Of a stretch of DNA of 64,000 bases, positions 25,793 through 36,123 are shown piece after piece; the stretch's first letter is position 1, and each line of letters begins with the position of its first letter. The translations under genes were made by a program, and so were the position numbers. This stretch comes from Ptychomitrium polyphyllum. Its lineage: Eukaryota. Below the pieces are notes generated by a model. It worked only from the letters and a program-made list of their open reading frames with translations. It was not told the DNA's origin and ran no database searches. The stretch lies in the NCBI GenBank assembly GCA_973851085.1, contig OZ316776.1, forward strand, positions 744,001 to 808,000, given 5' to 3'.

Positions 25793-26956
25793 ATGGAGGA
25801 TATTACTGGCAATGGAGTTGAAAAACGTTGTCGAGTAAATCAAGCGGTTGAGCCAGAGAAGTTTAAAGGACAAGATAAAAAATGTCCATATTGTGAATTT
25901 GAGTCAAAAGAATTTAAATTCAAGTACTGTAATAATAAGAAGCAATGGCAACCTAAGTATCAATGTACAAAGTGCATGAAGCTTTTCACACACTCAAGTA
26001 GCAAACGACCAAGAGGTCGAACGTACAAGCCCAGGGGTGTCATGCCTGAGGAGTTTCAAAACATTCCAAAACCATGTCCACATTGCAAATTAGAGGAACA
26101 TGTGCAATTTTTGTACTATAACAATAACAATAAATTACAACCTCGATTTTTGTGTAAGCAATGCAAGAACAGATTTCAACTGCACCCAATAAAGTCCCTT
26201 GAATTATCTTATGGAACATCTATGAATAGTAGTTGCGAAGAAAATGCCACAAATCAAGTCAATGCAATATATACCAATTACAGTTGTGAAGGAAATGATA
26301 CAAATGACTTTAATAAAACATCTACCAATAATAGTTATGATACTAATGCCACAAACAACTCTAAAGGACCAACTACCAGTTATGATTATCAAAAAAATGG
26401 TATACATGATTTCAATGCAACATCTACCAATAATAATTCTAATAATAACTCTGACAAAAATGCCACAAATGACTTTATTGAAACATCTAAGAACTATGAT
26501 TATTATGAAAATGTCACAAGTGAGCTTAATGGACCATCTACCAATTACAGTTATCAAGGAAATTCTCTAAATGTACATGGAGCATCTACAAGTGATGGCA
26601 ATGGATTAAATATTGTTAATCAAACTGCAGCATGTCATACAAGTAACATACAAATTAGTCATACGGAAGTAAACGAAGCATACAAAGGTGGTGTTAACAA
26701 ATTCAAATTGCAAGGAAATTCAATTTGTGAACAAATGATTTGTAATGATCATTTAAACTTGAAAGGAAACTTGGAGCCTAAAAGTTATGAAAAGCAATCA
26801 TGTCCACCTGAGCAATGTCACAATTCTGAAACGAGTTTTCTTCCACAAGAGATACCTTATAATTTTCAAATAGAACCTGATCCATTGGAGAATCTTCAAA
26901 GTCCAAAAATCAATTCTTATTCAGCATTTTTTAATAGTGTTCTTACAATGGAATAG
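25793..26956 (+). CDS. Intronless protein with two divergent Dof-like C2C2 zinc fingers and an Asn/Thr-rich repeat region
   Basis: CPYC-x23-CTKC containing FKYCNN..QPKYQ (25883-25975) and CPHC-x22-CKQC containing FLYYNN..QPRFL (26075-26164). Dof consensus is CPRC..KFCYYNNY..QPRxFC. First ATG is at 25793. Confidence 0.7.
   Translation: MEDITGNGVEKRCRVNQAVEPEKFKGQDKKCPYCEFESKEFKFKYCNNKKQWQPKYQCTKCMKLFTHSSSKRPRGRTYKPRGVMPEEFQNIPKPCPHCKLEEHVQFLYYNNNNKLQPRFLCKQCKNRFQLHPIKSLELSYGTSMNSSCEENATNQVNAIYTNYSCEGNDTNDFNKTSTNNSYDTNATNNSKGPTTSYDYQKNGIHDFNATSTNNNSNNNSDKNATNDFIETSKNYDYYENVTSELNGPSTNYSYQGNSLNVHGASTSDGNGLNIVNQTAACHTSNIQISHTEVNEAYKGGVNKFKLQGNSICEQMICNDHLNLKGNLEPKSYEKQSCPPEQCHNSETSFLPQEIPYNFQIEPDPLENLQSPKINSYSAFFNSVLTME
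26216..26593 (+). repeat. Coding 51-bp (17-aa) degenerate tandem repeat, about 7 copies
   Basis: Unit starts at 26216, 26267, 26318, 26369, 26420, 26483 (preceding unit has a 12-bp insertion) and 26534. Core is ACATCTACCAAT-like. Confidence 0.8.
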
Positions 26957-27041
26957 ACTTATATACAAAAGTTCTAATTTATTTGTAAATAGTCTGTTTA
27001 AATTATCACTTTTTCTATTTTCAGATGACAGAATTATTTCA

Positions 27042-27044
<3 letters not shown>

Positions 27045-27104
<60 letters not shown>

Positions 27105-27130
27105 ATATGTGTATGTATGTATGTATGTAT
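27045..27130. repeat. (TA)n microsatellite grading into (TG)/(TATG)
   Basis: About 50 bp of pure AT dinucleotides followed by gtgtgt and gtat units. Confidence 0.95.
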
Positions 27131-29845
27131 AATATTTTAAAATATTGCAAGTGATTATTTTGTATTCTGAAAAATCAAAGAATACTGCATTTGCCTAAAA
27201 ATAAAATGAATTATTCTATTCATGCAGACATCCCTTTTCATTGTGTAGTCATAGTCTTTCAAAGTTATTTGTAAACTCATCTCTTTCTAAACTAAAATTT
27301 CACCAATGATTGCATCTCCTTCTCCATGTTATCTGTGTTTATGATTGAACCACAGAACTCAGGGCCACAAGGTTTCATCCATTTGATTGATGCAGTGCAT
27401 GTATGTTGAGTCACTTATCCACTTTACATGTATGTGCAAACATTTACAAAACAACTCTAGTACACCACCAAACTGATCTGGTAGAATTCTATAGACATGT
27501 TTCGGTGTCCTCTGGACAGTGAATCTGCATACACATCATACATTCGACATCACCTCAGTTACAGACTCACATAGCAGGTTCCACATTTCTCCTAAATATA
27601 TTTTCATGTTTTCTTGAAACAGAGTTCATAAATCTTAACATGTTCTGAAATTCATTCTTTTCCAAAGAAACAGTTGTCTAACTTTTTACACAACATACTA
27701 AAATGATTCTTTCTAATATGAAGGTGTTAAATAGTTGAAGGATTATCACACTACTCTTATAGATTAACTTATTTAACCCAAAAAAATCACAATAAGAAAC
27801 TCATATCCTCGTTCAAAAATATTGTCCTTGTTAGTGTGGTCCACATGAAGGAAGAACTTTAATGTGGTGATTTGGCCCTTTTCTCTTTTTTCTCCTTCTC
27901 CAACATTGCTTGTAAATTAGCAGTTCATCATCATTACATGGACAAACAGTTTAGACCTACTAAATTGTTGTATCACCAATAAAATGGCTACATAGAAAGT
28001 TTCACAAGAAGTGCAAAGTTTACAAATTAAAAAAGATTCCTACCAAAGACTCATTTGTGGGTTCACTTTTTGTTACTTGTTATTGAAATAAAATTTAATG
28101 CATAAAATTTAATGCAATTTTTTTTAAAACCATTCAATTAAAATACATATTATGATTTATGGATTTTAAACTACTCACTTAATCAAGCATCTTCTAATTC
28201 CATAAAGAAAAATTCTAAAAGTGCAAGTGATAAGAGAAATTCTAAGTTTCGCTAAATGGTTAAATTAGCATATATAAATAAAATTACAAACAAGAAGATT
28301 AATCAAGAACAATTACTGCATTTGAGAAGGCAAATAATGCTAAATCAAAGCAATTCCTCTACTTGGTAGTTCTTCCAATTCTAATTGGCACTAAAAATAT
28401 CAATTAACATGAAGTTAATATCAAATGGATAATTAATTTCTTCAATTAAATTATATATTTTTTATTCAAATTGGTTTGGTATGCAATGCCACATCATGTA
28501 ATAATGCATATTGCTTATAATTATATGTATCTAATGCATAATACTACCAAGAACTTCAAAGTCTTATTTTAACAACTTCTTGCAAAGTTGAATTAATATA
28601 CCCTTTTGTCCATTCAAAATTGATGATAATTTTGCAAATAAATAAGCATCACATATATTTTTGATAATTGAGGATAGCCCTTTAAAATTAAGGAATTTTG
28701 TACCTCTTTATAAACAAGAATGTAGAACATATGACTTTTTTTTAATTTCAAGCAAACAATAAAAAAGAAGATACTTCTTTTTGTTAGTATCATCATTTAT
28801 ATGCTCTTGTAATCTATGTTGCATGTTAAAGGAATTAAATTGAGTTGTATAATCAAGAAGATATATTTGATGTTAATTATATAATCTACATTTATCAACA
28901 TACACTCTATATTATTTGTTGATGCCAAACCTCTACAATACGTAGTATTAAATATTATAAAGCATCAATGAAACAAAATATTATAATATATTTATTATAT
29001 ATTGCAAATATTTAAAGAATCATTGAATAAGTTTAGCTTTGGTAAACATTGTACTTGCGGTGTAATATATTTAATGGTATATAATGCATTGATAAAGAAA
29101 ATAATAATAGAATTTTATTCAATTGCATCTTATATTGTGAACTAAGTATGAAAATTTGTGAGAATGACAAAGTCATAGAAAAAAAATAATTTGAATTAAA
29201 AAAATATGAGCAACACTTCTTCAATTTGAGTTTTAAATTAGGCCAAAAAGAATGTTATATAATATGAAACTAATCCTACATTAGTAACAATGTTTGTTAT
29301 TCCTCTGTATATCTAAATTCAAAATATATAATTATGCAAAATAATAAAAATTACATTTAATAAACCTAACTTAGAAGCTTAAGTATATATTGTTGAAAAC
29401 TTTGATTTATATAAAAACCTTATGGAAGAGTCATACTCTTCTAGTTATTCAAGTAGTGGGGTAAAAAAATCTTTACTATTGCATTGAAAGATGTTGGAGA
29501 CTTATAATGTTGCAAATGTAAAGATTTGAATCATGATTCATTTAAGATGAGGAAAAATTAGCGGCTAAAGACGCCGTTTACAAAGAATTTAAACTTGATG
29601 TGGATGAGGCCTTTTCCATTGATGTATAATCAAAGCCTATAAATAAATAACACTTGCTTAAAATAAGAAGGCATGAAAAATTCTAATTTAATAAGATAGC
29701 CTACATGAAAAAATGGTACTCAATTACTTGCAATCAATATTTTGTGGGATTATCCAACATTGATGCATTGACGCTTGCAATAGGGAAGATACTCAATGTA
29801 AACCCTCATTCATCATGATACCAACATATGTGTAGGTTCACCCAA

Positions 29846-29907
29846 GCAGTTATAGGCCAGGTCGCAGTTATAGGCCAGGTCGCAGTCATAGGCCAGATCG
29901 CAGTTAC
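29846..29907 (+). repeat. 18-bp tandem repeat, about 3.4 copies
   Basis: GCAGTTATAGGCCAGGTC twice, then GCAGTCATAGGCCAGATC, then GCAGTTAC. Confidence 0.9.
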
Positions 29908-30285
29908 GGGTTGCCCTACCTTACCAGAGAATGCGGTGAGCTGCTTCAAACTGTAGGAGAATGAGCATCAAAGTGTCAAGCTCTCTACTGAACGTCGAAA
30001 ATCCTAATTCTCAACGTCCGGCAGAGTTTCAGCAGAACGTCCGAAATCCTAATGTTGAGCTCGAGGAGGAGAGGCTCCTATTCCCGCGCACGTGGGCAAA
30101 ACTAGTTGTGGCCGAGTTTGCTGCAATTCTGTTGTCGCACAAGCACAGTCATGTGCGGCTTTCCAATATTGTACTCTCTGAGTCACTCGCATCTTTCCAG
30201 AATTTCCAGGTTTTTTTTCAGGTATTTTTAGGGTTCCAGACTCGAACCCACGGCTCGCATGGCGTCGTGATTGGTCTCTGAAGCG

Positions 30286-33200
30286 ATGGCGTGCGAGGCA
30301 GGGCAGGGGTGCGGGTCTGGGGAAGGCTGTGGAACCGGTTCTTGCAGCCCCGTGAACGCTTGCAGTAAAGATCACGAGAGTGTGGAGCTCCGAAGTGTAG
30401 CGAAGCGTGGAGTGTGCGGGAGATGCAAGGAGGAACCGACGTCTCAAGGGTTTGAGCTTTGTTGCGCTTGCTTGCACACGAGCTTGGTGTCGAAGTTCAA
30501 GACCGCTGTGAACAAGAACTCTCTTGTTACTCCAGCTGATCGCGTTCTTCTTGCACTCTCTGGCGGGTCGTGTTCTAGGTTTGGTTGTGCCTCTTTTGCT
30601 GTGTGGTTTTTGGAAGCGTTGTGTTTGGAGATGTTTCTTGGGTTTCCTGCTTTGTTCTATTTGTTGGAGATAGGTTAGGCTAGGGCCACTTACCGTGATG
30701 CAATTACAAAATGATCCAACCGCCAGACTGAACGCAGTTTGGCCCTACCCTATTCCACCTGTTAGATTGAATTCGGTGTGGCGAATTCCACCTCCATGGA
30801 AAGCGGCCCTTACTGGAGACGATAAGCTAAGAGAATTTTGCGGTTGTATGTAGTTTTTGAGATGCTGGCGTGTGGTTTGTAATATTTGATGTGTATTTGC
30901 AGAGTTGCCCTGGAGTTTTTACGCGAAATTAGGTTGAAAGCCCAAACGGATTTGGATGCTTCTAGGGATCAGGGGACGCGTGTTTTTGGACTCGGTGTAG
31001 TATATGTGGCTGAGACCGCGGCCTTGTCAGCCTCTTCTCTTAATTTTGACCGTAATATTGAAGAAATCAGCTCAATTGTTTTATCTAAGAGGGAGAGGGC
31101 GATTCCTCTTCATATCGCGAAGCTTCAAGATGTGTTTGCGGATGAGGATTTGCGTTCTTCCCCTGGTGAGCCATATTAATGTTAAGTTGAGTTGTGAAAT
31201 GGTCACTGAAATTTTCCTACTTTGAGGGATTGTTTTGTTTTTGGCGTCGACTGCTATACTTGTCGGTATGCATGATTTTACGTGAGTTTCGAAGGACCAT
31301 GGGATTTTAGTTGGATCAACAGACGAAGAGATGGGTGATAGTGACATGAAAGTGTGCTTTGGCAGGCTTGGATGAGGATGTTGGGACAAGAAGTCCAGAA
31401 GATAGGCTTCAGGGATTGCTTGGGAGTGTGGAGGATGTAACTGGGAAGGAGGACCTTGTCACCTACTTACGAATGCAAGTACTACAAAAGGTGTTTAAAC
31501 TTCATCAGCGCAGATAATTTCATAAATTCGTGGTGGCATGAAACACTTATTCACAGGACATCAATTTCCTTGAGATGGGTGGAAAAACATTGAGTCTCCT
31601 TCGAGTCGACTGTAATCTGCTATGCATCTGTGGTTTATTACAACCATTTTAATTGTGTTAGTGGACGCATGTGCAGGTGGCTAAGGAACATGGGTACACA
31701 AAACTTGTACTAGGTGTTTGTTCTTCAGGTATTGCTGCACGTGCAATAGCTGCTACTGCTAAGGTGAGCATCTTCCTCCAGCAATGAATGGGCCTTTTAT
31801 TGGCGAAGTTTGGGTCTTCGTTCTAGGAATGCGAAATTTATCTATTTAGCCTGTAATTAATACTTCCGTAACTGGGCCTTATGCAGGGGCAAGGATACTC
31901 TTTTCCAGCGGACATACAATATGTGGACTCAAGATGGCCAGTTACAGTTGTCCTTCCTCTCCGTGACTGTCTTGCTCGAGAGCTTGATGTTTACTGTCGA
32001 TTGGCCAAGTAAGTCCAGTGTCTCTTCAATGCTGCATCTGGTTAAGAATTTCTACAAATTTGTTTTGAGTGTGTTTAGATTGTGATACTGTTGCTGTTTA
32101 TCTGTTGCAAATTCGATGTTCCAACAGTCTATCTTCACATTACTCTTTAACTTTATGGATAGTGGAGCCAATTTAATGTCCCTGACTGAATGCAGTGTGA
32201 TTTATTAGTACCGAAGCTCATGCATTAGACTCGTGTGTTGTTGCAGCCTTAAAACAGTCTTCCTTCAGAATATATCATTTAGCACAGACAAGTCGAAGAG
32301 CATTAATGAATTATCTCAAGTATTTGTTTCTTTGCTACAGGTAACGTACTTCCATGACCTATCTCTTATCTTGAAACCTCGTCCCGGGTGCTTCATTCTT
32401 CGTTATCACCTGCATGCCGAATTTTATCTTCATTATGAATTGGCTGGGCAGATAGATTTTGTAGACGTGATATTTTCTTTTGTTGCCAGACTCTACGTTT
32501 TACGTTTTTTAAAACGATAGTGGATCTATAGAGGGCCAAGTTTGAGCTTCCTCGATAATCCTTACGCATGATACTTTGTCCTGTAACAGGAGCAAAATTT
32601 CTCACGAGAATATACGATTACACGGACAATGGGAAAACTAAAGCCTTTTGAATTCAACACACCACCTCTTGGTCCTATTGAGGTGGCACTACGTAGGCGT
32701 AAAGGGATTCAGAACCCTACCATCACACCAGGGAATGAAGTTCTTGACCTTCTTTGCCCAATCTGCAGCGCACCGTTGGATGCGCGGGATTTTACAAACG
32801 GTAGCACAGAATCTACAGCCGAGTTAAGCAACGGTGTTGAAGCACCTTTCTCAAACAACAGAGATGATGTACTTGCATCCTCTAAGTATCTAGACGCATT
32901 CAAAAGTACGTATTGCCCTAGTTGTAGTTTTCAAATCCTTCCAAAGAAGGAATCAAAGGTGGAGACAATGTATAAGATCTTACCAGGAGTAATGAGGGAG
33001 CGTGCTGCTGCAAACGTTAGAGACAGACAAAGCTGGATGAGGTATTTCTATACATCTACACTGCAAAAACCACGTGCAGATCTTCTACGAATGTTCAAAT
33101 CTAGCATTTACGGCTCTAACACCGTTATAATTGTCACATCAGACTGCTGGAGAGATTTCTTGGTTTTATTATTTTCTTTTGTTAGTGGTCCATAATTTGG

Positions 33201-33291
33201 AGGCTCCAGCATTGACAAACATTATTTGATGTGGTGCTATTCTCGCAGGTCCAGGATTCAAGAATATTTACTCCTGGATGACAAAGACTGA
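30286..33291 (+). CDS. CTU2: Cytoplasmic tRNA 2-thiolation protein 2, about 8 exons
   Basis: MAC start with CxxC motifs, DRVLLALSGGSCSR (degenerate PP-loop), EDVTGKEDLV, KGQGYSFPADIQYVDSRWPVTVVLPLRDC, LCPIC...CPSC, ending IQEYLLDDKD*. Splice sites are in phase. Confidence 0.92.
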
Positions 33292-34987
33292 GAACCCGAG
33301 GGAGCCCTTTATCCAAATAGCATCATCCTGTATATTAGTTTCTATGTACCTGTTAGGGTACATGTAATGTGACACTGCTCAGGAATTGGAGTGGTCTGGC
33401 ATTGACGTCTTAAGGGCCCGTCTTGTGACTTCATGATGGATCAGAATATATTGTTCCTGATGTACATGATGCTATTTATTGTTGATTGATGGCTGTTTAT
33501 TACAATTTCTTCACTCTAAAGGTGCTTATTTTTTGCCAATAATATACCGACATTAGCATGCTTTCTTAGAACCCAAGCCTACATTTCAGTTAACCCAATA
33601 GAACGACTGTATGAAAATCAGGTCATTGGCAGGAAACCAACCTGCAGCGTGTCATTCTATTCCTCGCGAGATCTCCCTTTGTCCAATTACTGTTGTACTC
33701 TGAGACGATGCAGGACAGGCGAATTTTCATAGAATTCTCTAATTCTCTCGCTGTGTACGTTGATTTTTTCTGCTGTTGTTAGGGCATGGTTCTTGAACCA
33801 AACTTCCTTACATGTTTTTTCCTTCACCATGTCTCAACCTTGGCTGCTTTTGTTTCTGTCCGTGCCTTACAGGCTCTGTTTTTTTCTTCGCTCCTGAAGC
33901 AGCTGCTGCTGCAGCTGTCGCCGCAACAGCAGCAGCGCCAGCTTTACCCGCCGTGCTGAATGTCGAAACTACCTTTGATATAATAGTGACTGTGGTTGCT
34001 GCGGCAGCTCTAAAGACTACTGTAGGCCTGTATCCCATACTCAAGCTGTCTTCAAATCCTTCGGATCTGCATCGGTGACACAATAAATTTTGTGACGAAT
34101 CACCGATGACTTGGTTGTGCAAGGTGGACTGCAAACGCAACCTATCAGCACTGCTTGCTCTCGATTTGTTTGAAGGAAACATGATCTCATGAGATATGCT
34201 TTGTACATTAGGGCATCAGGAGTTTCATCCCTACTACTTGATTCATTTCCATTTATTTTTCACATGTGAAAGAGGTTCTTATTTGATCACAAGCATCTCA
34301 TGAGCTAAAAGAGATTCTCAAGCTCACAGATTTAAAAGCCAAGCGGTGACTTTTGTTCTGAAATTAGGGCTAGCTTCACCTATGATTGCAGGCAAGGTGA
34401 ATGAACTCTTCTTCAAAGAGGTTTCTTGGTGGAAATTCCTTTTCTTTCCATGCCAAAGTTGTGTTAATAATTCCCAAGGTGGTTCCAAAACTTTTCTCTG
34501 GAATTCTGAAAAATATAGACATGAGAGAAACCACATAATAATGCAAAAGGGACACATTGAACTAGATGATTGATAGTATGGGAAATCTGAGCAAGAAGAT
34601 GAGAGGTTTTCGAGTAAGCAACTTTTGACCATTGGTTTCACTTCCAAGAGGCATAAGTGAAAGTGCCAGTTATTGGAACATGATGTTAAGTTGGGGTTTT
34701 GTATCTACACAATATTAAAATTACATGGCCAATGGAAAACCTTCAAACTCTTCAAACTAAAAGATTCCAGAATATTAAAAATATAAATTTCTAAAATCAT
34801 TAAACAATTTTATTGCTTTCATAGCCATATCTATCATATTTTTCTCCAATTGTAAAGTCAATACTTTTCAAACTTCATCATGTATATTTATCATTTCAAA
34901 CCAAACACTTCAAAATTAATGATATGATGTTTAAATTTATTTTTGCCATTACGTTTAATGGTTAAGCATAACTTCATGCCATTTTGC

Positions 34988-35139
34988 GGTATTATTAAGG
35001 TAGGAATTCCTATAAATATGTTAAATCACATAATTAAAGTTCTAAATAATACCACATAATTTAGATCTAAATTATAGTAATACCACATAATCAAAATCTA
35101 TTATGTGGTCTATTATGTGGTATTATTAAGGTAGGAATT
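34988..35139. repeat. Short direct plus inverted repeat cluster, MITE-like relic
   Basis: GGTATTATTAAGGTAGGAATT at 34988 and 35119. ATAATACCACATAAT (35046) is the reverse complement of ATTATGTGGTATTAT (35112), with extra partial copies. Confidence 0.6.
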
Positions 35140-36123
35140 TCCGTAATTGTTGCTATTATTTTACATAAAACCATATATAATCAAAAATCAAAAATAAAAC
35201 TAGGTGAAATACCAAGTGATATCTATAAGTGTTATAAAATATTTTCTTCCATGATTCTAAATGCACCTAATTTCATATTTAAGACTCTATTACTTTGGAC
35301 TTTAACAATTTGCTAAAACTCATGGTGAATCTAGATTGATTACTACATGAAAGGAAAAATTCAAATAGATGTTTACCATTGGTTTATAGAAGCACGAGTT
35401 GCTACATGAAAGAAAGTCAAAGGAGTGGTAACAATGACTTGAATCAACTTAGCTTAAAATTTTGCACAAAGATACTTTCCTCCTTCTATTGATATAGAAT
35501 ACAATCCTTCTTCAAAGTTGCTAACAATTCATTCAAGTTCTAATGAAATATGAGAATGGACAACTTGGCGCAAATGCACACATCAAGCATTTCCATCAAT
35601 CTTTCCTATCTCCTATTCATATTTTTTAAAATGAGGTTACTTAACTTTGCTCAATTCTTTTAGAAACACGTCTTTCCTTGCCTATCATATACACATCAAA
35701 AATAAGAAAACAAACCTCACAGTGTATTTATCAGATAGGAAGAGGAAGACCCTGTTAGTATCTACATGAGGATATCTAGAAAGGAATCTGGGGATAAGGG
35801 GAGGGACCATGACGGAAAATTGGACCAAGCTTTGCATGCACAATTTGCAGAAGGGGCAGCCTCCCAGTGGGAATGCTCGAAGGGGTTCAAGCCACGGGTA
35901 TGGGGACTAGACCTGACACCGTGGTTTGGCAGAGCGAGTTCAAACCGAGTGGTGTATGGCGCGACGAGGTCACATCTCTGTCATCTCGTCTCTCGCGTTT
36001 CTCGTCTCGTCGGCCATTTGTGTGTGTGTTTCCAAGCTTTCGCGCTCAGCGTTGCGTGGAGGCTGGGGTTTGCTGCTCGCATTATAGAGGACAGCCAGTG
36101 GAGGACAGCAGCCGTCTCTCGCC

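Noticed and set aside
27200..28100. Possible decayed coding remnants on the minus strand
   Set aside because: Fragments could not be assigned to any family by eye.
29846..29907. Repeat array as CRISPR
   Set aside because: Head-to-tail units with no spacers, in a eukaryotic context without cas genes.
33808..34182. Ala-rich 124-aa ORF convergent with CTU2
   Set aside because: Low-complexity GCA/GCT tract open on both strands with no domain. A real gene cannot be excluded.
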